Assembly (NCBI GenBank): GCA_030390025.1
Contig: CM059432.1
Span: forward strand, 36,396,001 to 36,460,000
Length of the DNA stretch: 64,000 nt
Source: Squalus acanthias
Lineage: Eukaryota
Direction: 5' to 3'
This document shows positions 1 through 13,277 of this stretch, in pieces. A program made the position numbers and the translations under genes. How positions within the stretch are numbered: position 1 is the stretch's first letter; each line of letters begins with the position of its first letter. The notes beneath the pieces are model-generated. The model made no database searches, had not been told where the DNA came from, and saw only the letters and a program-made list of their open reading frames with translations.

Positions 1-292
1 ATTTACTAATCAGAAATGCAATCGGCCACATCTGGATTCCCAATTAGCCACATGTGGCTAAGGTATTGGACAACACGGACTTAATTCCTATATGTTGCTG
101 TACATTTAACATCATTCCTGTACCACTACCCATCATAGTAATGAGTAATGTCATCACTGTAATTATTTATATATAACACCTAAAATTTAGAAAACATCCC
201 ATAGTGCTTTAGAAGAGAAAATGGAGACTGAGCTTCAGTAGGAGAAGTTGGGAGTGAGCTGACCACAAGCAAAATTGAAAAGGTATTTTTTT

Positions 293-2610
293 AAAATATT
301 CGTTCATGGGATATGGGCGTTGCTGGCAAGGCCAGCATCTATTGCCTATCCCTAGTTGCCCTTGAGAAGGTGGTGGTGAGCTGCCTTCTTGAACCGCTAC
401 AGTCCGTGTGGCGAAGGTACTCCCACAGTGCTGTTGGGGAGGGAGTTCCAGGATTTTGACCCAGCGATGATGAAGGAACGGCGATATACTTCCAAGTCAG
501 GATGGTGTGCGACTTGGAGGGGTACTTGGAGGTGGTGGTGTTCCCATGCGCCTGCTGCCCTTGTCCTTCTAGGTGGAAGAGTTCATGGGTTAGGGAGGTG
601 CTGCCGAAGAAGCCTTGGCGAGTTGCTGCAGTGCATCTTGTAGATTGTACACACTGCAGCCATGGTATGCCTGTGGTGGAGGGAGTGATTTTTTTTTTAA
701 GGTGGTGGATGGGGTGCCAATCAAGCTGGCTGCTTTGTCCTGGATGGTGTCGAGCTTCTTGTGTTGTTCGAGCTGCACTTATCCAGGCAAGTGGAGAGTA
801 TTCCATCACACTCTTTACTTCTGCCTTGTAGATGGTGGAAAGGCTTTGGTGAGTCAGGAGGTGAGACACTCGCCACAGAATACCCAGCCTCTGACCTGCT
901 CTTGTTGCCACAGTATTTCTGTGGCTGGTCCAGTTAAGTTTCTGGTCATTGGTGACCCCCCAGGATATTGACGGTGGGGGATTCGGTGATGGTAATGCCG
1001 TTGAATGTCATGGGGCGGTGGTTAGACGCTCGCTTGTTGGAGATAGTCATTGCCTGGCACTTGTGTGGCACGAATGTTTCCTGCCACTTATCAGCCCAAG
1101 CCTGAATGTCGTCCAGGTCTTGCTGCATGCGGGCATGGACTGCTTCATTATCTGAGGAGTTGCGAATGGAACTGAACACTGTGCAGTCATCAGCGAACAT
1201 CCCCACTTCTGATGTTATGATGGAAGGAAGGTCTTTGATGAAGCAGCTGAAGATGGTTGGGCCGAGGACACTGCCCTGAGGAACTCCTGCAGCGATGTTC
1301 TGGGGCTGTGATGATTGACCTCCAATCACCACAACCATCTTCCTTTGTGCTAGGTACGACTCCAACAAGTGGAGAGTTTTCCCCCCCGATTCCCATTGAC
1401 TTCGGTTTTACTAGTTCTCCTTGATTCCACACTCGGTCATATGCTGTCTTGATGTTGAGGGCATTCACTCTGACCTCACTTCTGGAATTCAGCTCTTTTG
1501 TCCGTGTTTGGACCAAGGCTGTAATGAGGTCTGGAGCCGAGTGGTCCTGACGGAACCCAAACTGGGCATCCGTGACCAGGTTATTGGTGAGTAAGTGCCA
1601 CTTGATGGAAGGTGTCGTCGACACCTTCCATCACTTTGCTGATGATTGAGAGTAGGCTGATGGGGTGGTAAATGGCTGGATTGGATTTGTCCTGCTTTTT
1701 GTGGACAGGACATACCTGGCCAGTTTTCCACATTGTCAGATAGATGCCAGTGTTATAACTGTACTGGAACAGCTTGGCTAGAGGCGTAGCTAGTTCTGGA
1801 GTACAAGTCTTCAGCACGACAGCCGGGATGTTGCCGGGGCCCACAGCCTTTGCTGTATCCAGTGCGCTCAGCCGTTTCTTGATATCACGTGGAGTGAATC
1901 GAATTGGCTGAAGACTAGCTTCTGTGGTGGTGGGGATCTCAGGAGAAGGCCGATATGGATCATCCACTCGGCATTTCTGGCTGAAGATGGTTGCAAATGC
2001 TTCAGCCTTGTCTTTTGCACTCACGTGCTGGGCTCCACCATCAGTGAGGATGGGGATATTCATGGAGCCTCCTCCTCCCGTTAGTTGTTTAATGGTCCAC
2101 CACCATTCAGAACAGGATGTGGCAGGACTGCAGGGCTTTGATCTGGGATCGCTTAGTTCTGTCTATAGCATGCTGCTTCCGCTTTTTAGCATGCATGTAG
2201 TCCTGTGTTGCAGCTTCCCCCAGGTTAGAACTGCATTTTTAGGTACAGCTGGTGCTGCTCCTGCCCTACTCTTCTACACTCCTTATTGAACCAGGGTTGG
2301 TCCCCTGGCTTGATTGTAATGGTAGAGTGAGGGATATGCTATGCTGGGCCATAAGTTTACAGATTGTGGTGGAATACAATTCTGCTGCTGCTGATGGCCC
2401 ATAGCGCCTCATGGATGCCCAGTTTTGAGCTGCTAGATCTGTTCTGAATCTATCCCATTTAGCATGGTGGTAGTGCCACACAACACAACGGAGGGTGTCG
2501 TCAGTGTGAAGACTGGACTTAGTCTCCACAATGACTGTGTGTGGTGGTCTCTGCTACCAATGCTGTCATGGGCAGATGCATCTGCGACAGATAGATTGGT
2601 AAGGACGAGG
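293..2610 (-). mobile_element. CR1-group LINE (family B), 5'-truncated, frameshifted ORF2 (RT region)
   Basis: Overlapping minus-strand ORFs carry non-LTR RT motifs: [49 protein letters not shown]. The same 3' tail occurs at ~28100 and ~44050. Confidence 0.85.
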
Positions 2611-3025
2611 TCAATTTGAGAGAACTTTTGAATGCAGAGTGAGAAGTACCAATGTGGAGAGGTTTAGGGAAGACATTCTGGAAGGAGCAAGATGGCTGAA
2701 GGCTCTGCTACTGATGGTGGAAGAAAGGAGAGATAGTAGAATGGAGTTGGAGGGCCAACGAGCATAGGCCGGAACATGGGAGTAGGAGGTGATTGTAGGA
2801 CTAAGGTGAGAAGAAGCTAGAGAGGAATTTATAAGTAATACATTGTGGGTCAAGGAACCAATGGCAGTTGTGGAGAATATCAGATAGGTGAGTGAACCCT
2901 GAGGGATTTGTACTGGAGCCTTAGATTTTCACCATATCTTGCATGGAGGAACAGAGCTCTGTATATACAAGTTGGCAGATGACATGAAGTTAGGAGGCAC
3001 AGTAAGTTGTGTAGATGGGAGAAGG

Positions 3026-4315
3026 AACATACATAAGAACATAAGAAATAGGAGCAGGAGTAGGCCATTCGGCCCCTCGAGCCTGCTCCGCCATTCAATA
3101 AGATCATGGCTGATCTAATCTTAGCCTCAACTCCACTTTCCTGCCGCTCCCCATAACCCTTGATTCCCCTGTTTTTCAAAAATCAGTATATCTCCGCCTT
3201 GAATATGTTCAATGACTCCACCTCCACAACTCTCTGGGATAGAGAATTCCAAAGATTCACGACCCTCTGAGAAGAAATTCCTCCTCATCTCCGTTTTAAA
3301 TGGGCGACCCTTTATTCTGAAACTATGCCCCCTAGTTCTAGATTCCCCCACGAGGGGAAACATCCTCCCTACATCTACCCTGTCAAGCCCCCTCAGAATC
3401 TTATATGTTTCAATAAGATCACCTCTCATTCTTCTTAACTCCAATGAGTATAGGCTCAACCTTTCCTCATAAGACAACAGCTTCAACTCCGTGAACCTTC
3501 TCTGAACTGCCTCCAATGCAAGTATATCCTTCCTTAAATAAGGAGACCAAAACTGTACGCAGTACTCCAGGTGTGGTCTCACCAATGCCCTGTACAGTTG
3601 TAGCAAGACTTCCCTACTTTTATACGCCATCCCCCTTGCAATAAAGGCCAATATTCCATTTGCCTTCCTAATTACTTGCTGTACCTGCATGCTAACTTTG
3701 TGTTTCATGTACGAGGACACCCAGATCCCTCTGTACCGCAGCATTCTGTAGTCTCTCCATTTAAATAATATTTTGCTTTTTTATTCTTCCTACCAAAGTG
3801 GATAACCTCACATTTTCCCACATTATGCTCCATCTGCCAAATTTTTGCCCACTCACTTAACCTATCTATATCCCTTTGCTGACTTTGTGTACTCCTCACA
3901 ACTTGCTTTCCCACCTATCTTTGTATCGTCAGCAAATTTGGCTACAGTACACTCGGTCCCTTCATCCAAGTCATTAATATAGATTGTAAATAGTTGAGGC
4001 CCCAGCACTGATCCCTGTGGCACCCCACTAGTTACAATTTGCCAACCTGAAAATGACCCATTTATTCCAACTCTCTGTTTTCTGTTAGTTAGCCAATCCT
4101 CTATCCAATCTAATATATTACCCCAACACTCTGAGCTCTTATTTTGTGCAGTAACCTTTTATGCGGCACCTTATTGAATGCTTTCTGGAAATCCAAATAC
4201 ACTACATCTACTGGTTCCCCTTTATCCACCCTGCTCGTTACATCCTTAAAGAACTCTAGTAAATTTGTCAAACACTGTTTCCCATTCATAAAACCATATT
4301 GACTCTGCTTGATTC
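3026..4315 (-). mobile_element. CR1 LINE (family A) 3' portion
   Basis: ORF 3127-3744 has LYRALVRPHLEYCVQFWSP and RGDLIETYKIL; CR1-type terminal repeat reads aacataagaacataag on the + strand. Confidence 0.9.
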
Positions 4316-4720
4316 AGACTAAGTGAGTGGGCAAAACTATGGAAGATGAAGTTCACTGGGGAAAATGTGAGGTAATCTATGAAAGACAAAGTTTTCTTAA
4401 TGGTGAGAGATTGAAAACTGTGGAGGAGCAAAGGGATTCGGGTGTCCAGTTACACACATCACTAAAAGTTACTGCACAGGTTCAAAAGGCTACTGGAATG
4501 TTGGCTTTTATCTCGAGGGGGCTCGAATACAAACAGGAGGATGTGATGTTTGAGTTGTATAGAGCCTTAGTCAGACCCCATCTGGAGTTCTGCGTTCAGT
4601 CTTGGGCACCGAACCTCAGTAAGGATAGCAAAATACTGCGGATGCTGGAAAATTGAAACAACAACAGAAAACGCTGGAAAAACTCAGCAGGCCAGGCAAC
4701 ATCCGTGGAGAGAGAAACAG

Positions 4721-4756
4721 AGTTAACGTTTCAGGTCGAAACCCTTCGTCAGAACT
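4721..4756 (-). ncRNA. Minimal type I hammerhead ribozyme (PLE-associated)
   Basis: Minus strand reads AGUU-CUGACGAA-GGGU(UUCG)ACCU-GAAA-CGUU-AACU: catalytic core, stem I AGUU/AACU, stem II with UUCG loop, palindromic ACGU stem III. Confidence 0.75.
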
Positions 4757-4955
4757 GAGAAAAAAGCAGGAAATGAAACAGATAAAAAAGCAAGGGGGAG
4801 GCTGGGGGAGGAATAAAAGAACAAAAGGGGTGGTCTATGGTAAGTAGAGACAGACTGTCTCTACTTACCATAGACCACCCCTTTTGTTCTTTTATTCCTC
4901 CCCCCCCCAGCCTCTCCCTTGCTTTTTTATCTGTTTCATTTCCTGCTTTTTTCTC

Positions 4956-4991
4956 AGTTCTGACGAAGGGTTTCGACCTGAAACGTTAACT
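4956..4991 (+). ncRNA. Minimal type I hammerhead ribozyme (PLE-associated), mirror copy
   Basis: + strand reads agtt ctgacgaa gggt ttcg acct gaaa cgtt aact, identical to the minus-strand copy at 4721-4756. Confidence 0.75.
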
Positions 4992-6476
4992 CTGTTTCTC
5001 TCTCCACGGATGTTGCCTGGCCTGCTGAGTTTTTCCAGCGTTTTCTGTTGTTGTCTCAGTAAGGATATATTGGTCTTGGTTTGTATTCCCTTGTTTAGCA
5101 GGTTGAGGCATGATCTAATTGGCGTATTTACAACGATTAAAGGATTAAATAGGAGTAGATACAGAGAGGTTATTCCCAGTGGTGGGGGAATTCAGAACAA
5201 GGAAGCGCAATCTTAAAATTAGAGCAATTCATTATTGAAATCAGGAAGCACCTTTTCACACGAATGGTCGTGGAAATGTGGAATTCTCTCCCCAAAAGGC
5301 TGTGGATGCTGGGTCAATTGAAATTTTCAACGCTGAGATGGACAGATTTTTATTAGGTAAGGGTGTCAAGGGATATGGATCAACGGCAGCTAAATGGAGT
5401 TGAGGGACAGAACAGCCATGGTCTAATTGAATGGCAGAACAGGCTTGAGGGGCTGATGAAGAAGGTATTGAAGTCAAGTCTGGAGGTAACAAAAGCATGG
5501 ATATGGGTTTCCGTATCATTTAATCGTAGAATGATAGAACCTTGCATCTCTGTTTCTGGAAGGGCATTTCATGTCCTAACAGCCCTACTGCATTAAGAAT
5601 TAAGAAATCTCTACTCTCTTTTAACCCCTCATCCCTCCTCCCTATCCACATTATATTTATGCCTTCTAGTTACCCCCCAGTGGGAATCGCTTTTCCTGAT
5701 TTAACCCTAACCCATGAATTTTGAACATCTCTATCTGATCTCCTATTAATTTCAGTTTCTTTGTCTTCCCTTATAACTAAAGCCTCGCATTCCTGGTATC
5801 ATCTAAACAAATTTCTTTTGCACCCTCCTCATAGCCTTGATATCTTTCCTAAAGTAAGGTGCCCAAAACTAGATGCAATATTCTAACTGTGGCCTTACAA
5901 ATGGTTTGTATAAGTTAAGCATTACTGAATTGCTTTTGTACTGTATACTGCTATTTTGTACTGTATACTGCTATTTACGAAACCTAGGTTTCACATGCTT
6001 TTTATATATAACAACTTGTCCTTCTGATATATGTATTCTTTCTGCCAAAATGTATTGCCTGTAATCTATCTGCCTATTCTACTAACTGGTCTATGTCCTC
6101 CTGAAGTTGCTTATAATCCTCTTCAGTGGCTCATGCTCACTATTTTGTGTTGTCTGCAAATTTTGATTGTTCCTCCGCAACCCACATCACGTACATATAT
6201 TTATAGGAATTGGGCGTTAATCTGTCATGAGGGATCTGGGGGCAGGGAAAGCAGAGAAATTTTTCCACCAAGAGTGGAGAGTATGGGTAGTATTGTGGGA
6301 GATGTGGGCAGCAAGGGATGTGAAATGATCAGACAAGTTGTTGAGGATGAGGAATCACTCAGTGCAAAAAGTGAACAAATCTATGTAGGTGACCAGGTTT
6401 TTGAAAGAGGGGCGGACGAGGGTGTGGGTCTTGAATGAGGAAAAGGTGCTGGAGGGTATGAGATTAGGGTGGGATG

Positions 6477-8735
6477 CAATGTTCCCTCTAATTTTTTTTC
6501 CCTGTTCAGTCCCGTAAATTTGCTCTGCGGCTGCATGCGCGGTATCTTCTCCAGTGTCAACAGCTGGTGAGCAGCCTGCACGGGACCTCCTGATCGATGC
6601 AAGATGAAAGAATTAATACATAATTTACAACAAATATATATTCCTTTAAGGCACAAAAACCCTACAGGAAAAGTGGTCCAACTGTGGCTAACAAGAGAAG
6701 TTAAAGATAGTATTAGATCAAAGGAAGAGGCTTATAATGTTGCCAAAAGAGTAGTAAGCCTGATTGAGGATTGGGAGGATTTTAGAATTCAGCAAAGGAG
6801 AAATTGATAAAGAAAGGGGAAATAGAATGAGAGAGTAAACTAGCGAGAGACCTAAAAGCAGACTGTAAAAGCTTCTATAGGTATGTGAAAAGGAAAAGAT
6901 TATCGAAAATAAATGTGGGTCCCTTACAGGCTGAGAAGGGAGAAATATAATACGGAATAAGGAAATTGCAGACAAATTAAACAAATACTTTGTGTCTGTC
7001 TTCACGGAAGAAGACGCAAAAAACTTCCCGGAAATAGTGGAGAACCAAGGCTCTAGCGAGAATGAAGAACTGAAAGAAATTAGTATTAGTAAAAAATAGT
7101 ACTGGAGAAATTAATGGGACTGAAAGCCGATAAATCCCCAGGACCTGATGGCCTACATCCTAGGGTTTTGAAAGAGCTGGCTGTAGAGATAGTGGATACA
7201 TCGGTTGTCGCTTTCCAAAATTCCATAGATTCTAGAACAGTTCCCGCAGATTGGAAGGTAGCAAATGTGACCCCACTATTTTAAGAAAGGAGGGAGAGAG
7301 AAAACGGGGAACTACAGACCAGTTAGCCTGATATCAGTAGTAGGGAAAATGCTAGAATCTATTATTAAAGACATGGTAACAGGGCACTTAGAAAATAATA
7401 ATAGGATTGGGCAGAGTCAACACTGATTTATGAAAGGGAAATCATGTTTGACAAATCTTACAATTTTTTGAGGTTGTAACTAGCAGAATAGATGAGGGGG
7501 AACAAGTGGATGTGATGTATTTGGATTTTCAGAAGGCATTCGATAAGGTGCCACACAAGAGGTTATTAAACAAAATTAGGGCTCATGGGATTGGGGGTAA
7601 TATACTAGCATGGATTGAGGATTAGTTAACGTCAGAAAACAGAGAGTAGGAATAAACGGGTCGTTTTCAGGTTGGCAGGCTGTAACTAGCGAGGTACCAC
7701 AAGGATCAGTGCTTGGGCCTCAACTATTCACAATCTACATCAATGATTTGGATGAGGGAACCAAATGTAATGTAATATATCCAAGTTTGCTGATGATGCA
7801 AAGCTGTGTGGGAATGTAAGTTGTGAGAAGGATGCAAGGAGGCTTCAAGGGGATATAGACGGGCTAAATAAATGGGCAAGAACATGGCAAATGGAATATA
7901 ATGTGGAGAAATGTGAAGTTATCTACTTTGGTAGGAAAAATAGAAAAGCAGAGTATTTTTTAAATGGTAAGAGATTGGGAAATGTTGGTGTTCAGTGGGA
8001 CCTGGGTGTCCTTGTACACGAATCACTGAAGCAATTAGGAAAGCAAATGGTATGTTAGCCTTTATTACAAGAGGATTTGAGTATAAGAGTAAAGACGTCT
8101 TACTGCAATTATATAGGGCACCGGTGAGACCACACCTGAGTATTGTGTACAGTTTTGGTCTCCTTACCTAAGGAAGAATATACGAAGGATATACTTGCCA
8201 TAGAGGGAGTGCAACAAAGGTTCACCAGACTGGTTCCTGAGATGGGGGGATTGTCCTATAAGGAGAAATTGAGTAGACTCGGCCTATATTCTCTAGAGTT
8301 TAGAAGAATGAGAGGTGATCTCATTGAAACATACGAAACTCTTACAGGGCTTGACAGGGTAGATGCAGGGAGGATGTTTCCCCTGGCTGGGGAGTCTAGA
8401 ACCAGGGGGTCACAGTCTCAGAATAAGGGGTCGGCCATTTAGGACTGAGATGAGGAGAAATTGCTTCACTCAAAGGGTGGTGAATCTTTGGAATTCTATA
8501 CCCCAGAAGGCAGTGGAGGCTCAGTCATTGAGTATATTCAAGACAGATCAATAGATTATTGAATATTAAGGGAATCAAGGGATATGGGGATAGTGCAGGA
8601 AAGTGGAGATGAGGTAGAAGATCAGCCATGATCTTATTAAATGGCAGAGCAGGCTCGAAGGGCCAAATGGCCTACTCCTGCTTCTATTTCTTATGTTCAT
8701 ATGATGCACGCCCGCGCAGCTTAGGAGGAACATTG
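6477..8735. mobile_element. hAT-like MITE (~150 bp) split by a CR1 insertion
   Basis: Ends CAATGTTCC (6477) and GGAACATTG (8735). Flanks GTGGGATG/GTGGGATA are a 7/8 match of an 8-bp TSD. The halves join across the CR1 at GATGCA (6596-6601, 8703-8708). Confidence 0.7.
6602..8702 (+). mobile_element. CR1 LINE (family A), 5'-truncated
   Basis: Broken ORF2 (WLTREVKDSIRSKE, QQRFTRLVP, RGDLIETY) ending in a ttcttatg-type tail. Confidence 0.9.
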
Positions 8736-9624
8736 GTGGGATAGGACCTGGTGATAAAAGCTATGGAGGTTTGAGTGGGGGATATGGTGGAATATGTGAG
8801 AAGGCGTTAGTTAAAGAAAGTGAAGGAGTCAATGTGAGCCAGAAATCATTGGGGTACAAGTTATTAGGCAAACCAAAAGTGGGTAGGGAGGTGTTTATTT
8901 CCAAGGGAAATGAACATTCTGGAGGTAACTTTGGAGTGTGCCACTAGTTGGAGACCTTCCAAGAGCATCCGAAATGGGAAAGTTGGATAGACAGGAGCTT
9001 GGAAAAATGGTTAAATCCTGGCAAACTTGATGCATTGTTAAGAGAGCATGTTGGTGAAAACATTTGCTTGTGTTCAGTTTATTGTACAGAGCAAGGTAAG
9101 CTAGAAGTGGAGCTTCTGTGGGTTTTGCACTGCGTAGGCTACCATGCATGGCTTCCAACATCAAATATGTCATGTGTTCTGAGTCTTTGATGTTAGTGAG
9201 GGAGAGGTTCTAGTCAAGCTGAAGAGACTGAAAAGATCAATAAATTCTGTGACATCAATGAACTATCCCACAGAATCCAATGACAAGTCATTTTGAAGGA
9301 GTCAGTGAACACTTGGGAGATTTTGACTGTAAAAATGTGTTCTGTGTTCAAGGCTTACAGAACTTATACCAGCAGCTACAGACCTGTTAACCTGACCTGA
9401 ATCTCAAAACTGGCAATTCTCACAAAATGGGATAGTACCCATATAAAATATATGAACATACGTATAAAATATCCTAATAGACATTTAGTCTCCGACTGTA
9501 TTTTTGAGGCAACATCAATGAAAAAGACATATAAAATAGTGAATCTTGTCATTTGAAAGGTCTTTAATAAAATGCAGTATGAGAGTCCTTCACAAATAAA
9601 ATCCCTATCACTGGTAAGATATGA

Positions 9625-10262
9625 ACAAAGGCAAATGGCATGTTGGCTTTTATTGCAAGGGGGTTGGAGTACAAGAGTAAGGAAGTCTTAGTATAGTTGT
9701 ACAGGGCTTTGGTGGGAGCACATCAGGAGTACTGTGCACAGTTTTGGTCTTATCTGAGAAAGGACATACTTGCCTTGGAGGCGGTGCAACGAAGGTTCAC
9801 TAGATTGATCCCTGGGATGAGAGGGTTGTCCTACGAGGAGAGATTGAGTAGATTGGGCCTAAACTCTCTGGAGTTTAGAAGAATTGAGAGGTGATCTCAT
9901 TGAAACATACAAGATACTGAGGGAGGGGTGACAGGGTAGATGCTAAGAGGTTGTTTCCCATGGCTGGAGAGTCTAGAACTAGGAGGCATAGTCTCGGGAT
10001 AAGGGGTCGGCCACTTAAGACTGAGATGAGGAATTTCTTCACTCGGGGTTGTGAATCTTTGGAATTCTCTACCCCAGCGGATGCTGAGTCATTGAGTATA
10101 TTCAAGGCTGAAATACAAAGATTTTTGGACTCTAGGGGAATCGAGGGATATGGAGATCAGGCAGGAAAGTGGAGTTGAGGTTGAAGATCAGCCATGATCT
10201 TATTGAATGGCGGAGCAGGCTCAAAGGGCCGTATGGCCTGCTCCTAATTCTTATGTGCTTAT
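9625..10262 (+). mobile_element. CR1 LINE 3' fragment
   Basis: ORFs 9697-9894 and 9951-10178 match the CR1 ORF2 C-terminus seen in other copies. Confidence 0.85.
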
Positions 10263-10269
10263 ATGGCCA

Positions 10270-11255
10270 CTAAGGGATGCACAAGAGAAACTGACGGGTA
10301 ATGTCAGTGAAATGGCAAAAATATTGAATAGTTACTTTGTCTCCGTTTTTACCAGGGAGAACAACAAGGTGGACAATAGAAGAGGTCAAAAAGGATATTG
10401 ACATTTAAGATAGATTGGAGGGAGATCATTAATAAACTAGACCAACCTGGAGAGCATAAAACTCCACGTCCACAGGACTGGAGGACAGCTAAGGCTATTC
10501 CTAGATTCAAAAAGGGAGATAGAACAGGTCCAGGGAACTATGGGCTACTCTGTCTTGAAGGGGTTTGCAGCACCGTACAGTGGATTACTTTGAAATGTAA
10601 TGACTGTTGCGTTGGGAAGCAAATAGACCATTAAGAACCAAAACAAAGGTGATGCAAAACTTGTATAAAACAAGATTAGAATATTGCATCCAATTTTGGC
10701 AGCCCTACTTTAGGAAGGATGTCAAGACTATGGAGAGATTGCAGAAGACTTTCATTAAGATGAAAGGCTTTAGTTCTGAGGAAAGTCTAGAGAAACTTGG
10801 CATTTTTTTATTTAGGAGCACAGAATATAAAAAGGAGACATGATGGAGGTTTTCAAAATTATGTAGGGCCTTGATACGTTAGAGGGGAAAAACTACTTTC
10901 ACTGGCCGAGTCGGTAACTAGAGGCCATAAATTTAAGATCATCACCAAAAATTAAGAAAATGTTTTGGGGATGTGTTTTTAAATACAGATGGTTGTTAGG
11001 ATATGAAATTTCCTACCAGAAATAGTGGTGGAAGCTGAATCTATTAGAGCTTTTAAAGGGAAGTAGATAAATATTTGAGAAAGAGAACTTTAAAAGGTAT
11101 ATGGGGAAAGAAAGAGAAAAGTTCCATATTTATATAACCTATATAAGCGCATTTCATGTCCTCGCAGGGGAACAGGACTAAGTGGATAGCTCTATCTGAG
11201 AGGTGGCACAGTTATAATGGGCCAAATGGCCATCTCCTGTACCATATAATTACAT
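10270..11255 (+). mobile_element. Older, internally deleted CR1 fragments
   Basis: Residual motifs ILNSYFVSVFTRE and RLEYCIQFWQPY. Confidence 0.6.
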
Positions 11256-11465
11256 CATTCTGACTTCATTTTATGCACAGCAGGATTTCACAAATGGGAG
11301 TGAGATGAATGATCAGTTAACCTATTCTTGCTGGTGTTGGTTGAAGGAGGAATGCTGGATGAGACACTGAAATTGCTCTGGGATCTTAAGCATCTCATCT
11401 GAAGTACTGTACCTCTGCCAATGTAGCACTTCCTCAGTACCGTATTGAATGTCAACCTAGATTAT

Positions 11466-12377
11466 GGCCCGGAATTTGCGGTCAACGAGGAAGCGACGGT
11501 GCAGAGAAGATTTACAAGGATGATACCAGAAATGCAAGGGTATACATATCAGGAAAGGATGAACAAGCTGGGTCTCTTTTCTCTTTTTAAAAAAAAAAGA
11601 AGGCTGAGGGGTGACCTAATAGAGGTCTTTATCAAAAATGTTCCTAATTTTAGAGTGGATACAGAGTGAATGTTTCCACTTGTGAGGCAGAATGGATAGA
11701 GAGAGAATGTTTCCACTTGTGGGGAAGAGCATAACTAAGATAGTCACCAAGAAATCCAATAGGGAATTCAGAAGAAACTTCTTTACCCAAAGAGTGGTGA
11801 GAATGTGGAACTCGCTACCACAGGGAGTGGTTGAAGCGAATAGTATAGATGCATTTAAGGGGAGGCTAGACAAGCATATGAAGGAAAAGGGAATAGAGGG
11901 TTATACCGATAGATTTAGATGAGGAAAGATGGGAGGAGGCTCGTGCGGACCATATACATGGACTGGTTGTCAAATGGCTTGTTTCTGTGCCGTATGTCCT
12001 ATGTATGTGAACTCTTAAACAGCAAACCAGGAAGTAAAAGGCACAGATTATAACTTTTTAATAAATTTGAGTGTGAAATAAAGATTGGTACATACACATA
12101 GGATTAAGATAGAAGCTGAAATATCATTAACAAACTTTATTTAAAAAAACAGGGAAGTTTTTGTCAGGAACTACAATTCAGTGTGATTTGAATTGATTGC
12201 TGGATCCGGGGAATTCCACTGCGCAATCTGTGGAACAACGCAGAATCACTGACCGCAACTTCTGGATTTCTACGTTTATCTGTGCATGCGCTGACTCCAG
12301 AATTTGCAGTCACTTAGAGGAGTAATGACCGTGAACGCTGACAGTTTCACTGTCATTATCACCGCAAAATCCGGGCC
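11466..12377. mobile_element. PIF/Harbinger-like MITE containing a CR1 3' fragment (~11500-12007)
   Basis: 17-bp terminal inverted repeats GGCCCGGAATTTGCGGT and ACCGCAAAATCCGGGCC match 16/17. Flanks are TAT/AAT (imperfect 3-bp TSD). Superfamily call is inference. Confidence 0.6.
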
Positions 12378-13277
12378 AATGTGTTGGGTAAGTCCTGGAG
12401 CTCAGCTTGGCACCACCCACCTTGGATTGGCTCAGGAAGTAGCACAGTTGCCTCTGACGCATCTTGTGGAGACAGAAAACAGCCTCTGATTTTGTATCTC
12501 CTTTTGGTTTTCCAGGTGATGTGCACTGAAACTCAACAGACATGAGTTCCACATTAAATCACTAAACTCCAGATTAGTAGAGTTTCTGTTTACTTAATAA
12601 ATGGAGTTGAGGCACAGATCAGCTATGATCTAATTGAATGGTGGAACAGGCTCAAGGGGCTGAATGGTCTACTTATGTTCCACAGCAAGATCCCATTAAC
12701 AGCAATAACATTAATTGATTATTTATCTTTTTTCCTGCTGGTATTGGTTGAGTGAGAAATATTGGCCAGGATACCAGGCAAACTCTGGGGAAGTTGAGGT
12801 AGATCTAGGAAAAAGGCCTTGTTGGTTTAATGGCCTTTTGCTGTTCTTGAAAAATTCATATGTTCTTGCATTCTTAAGCGAACCATTGCTTGTACTGTAA
12901 TGTGGGTTTGATTTTGGAAGTTGCAAAGGAAAGGTCAGGTCTGTGCTGTAGGGCTTCGCTATTTTTGTTGTCTGCCAGGTCACAACCATCATTAGTTCTG
13001 CTCCCAAGGCACTTTGGACCATTAGTTGCTCGTTCCTCCTAGGCTGTTCATTCTGCACAGCTTGTTTTAGGGACTTTCCATCATCTGAGTCAGTAAAAGT
13101 ATCAGCATGATTCAGCCTGTAATTATTTAGATTGAGTATCAGAACTCAAGACTATATTTAACCAGCATATTCAGTAACACAATGGAATTGAGTAGCTCGT
13201 TTACCAGAGCTTCTAATTTCCATGTGATTAAAATAGTTAGATGCACTAACCCTTAAGAACTGGGAGAATATTGTCTT

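Larger units (their letters stand above)
4628..5054. mobile_element. Penelope-like element terminal-repeat (pLTR) fragment present as a long inverted repeat
   Basis: Arms 4658-4853 and 4855-5054 are reverse complements with a 1-nt centre. The insert is flanked by the 13-bp direct repeat CTCAGTAAGGATA (4615-4627, 5055-5067). It is homologous to 48768-48957, and each arm carries a hammerhead core. Confidence 0.8.
4320..5455 (+). mobile_element. Degraded CR1 LINE 3' portion, interrupted by a PLE palindrome
   Basis: ORF 4327-4656 has LYRALVRPHLEFCVQSW; CR1 sequence resumes after 5055. Confidence 0.8.

Noticed and set aside
8948..9190. 80-aa ORF with an internal gtaag donor-like site
   Set aside because: No recognisable domain or clear acceptor; the length is expected by chance.
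12490..12600. Strong acceptor-like ttttggttttccag
   Set aside because: No donor or sustained reading frame follows.
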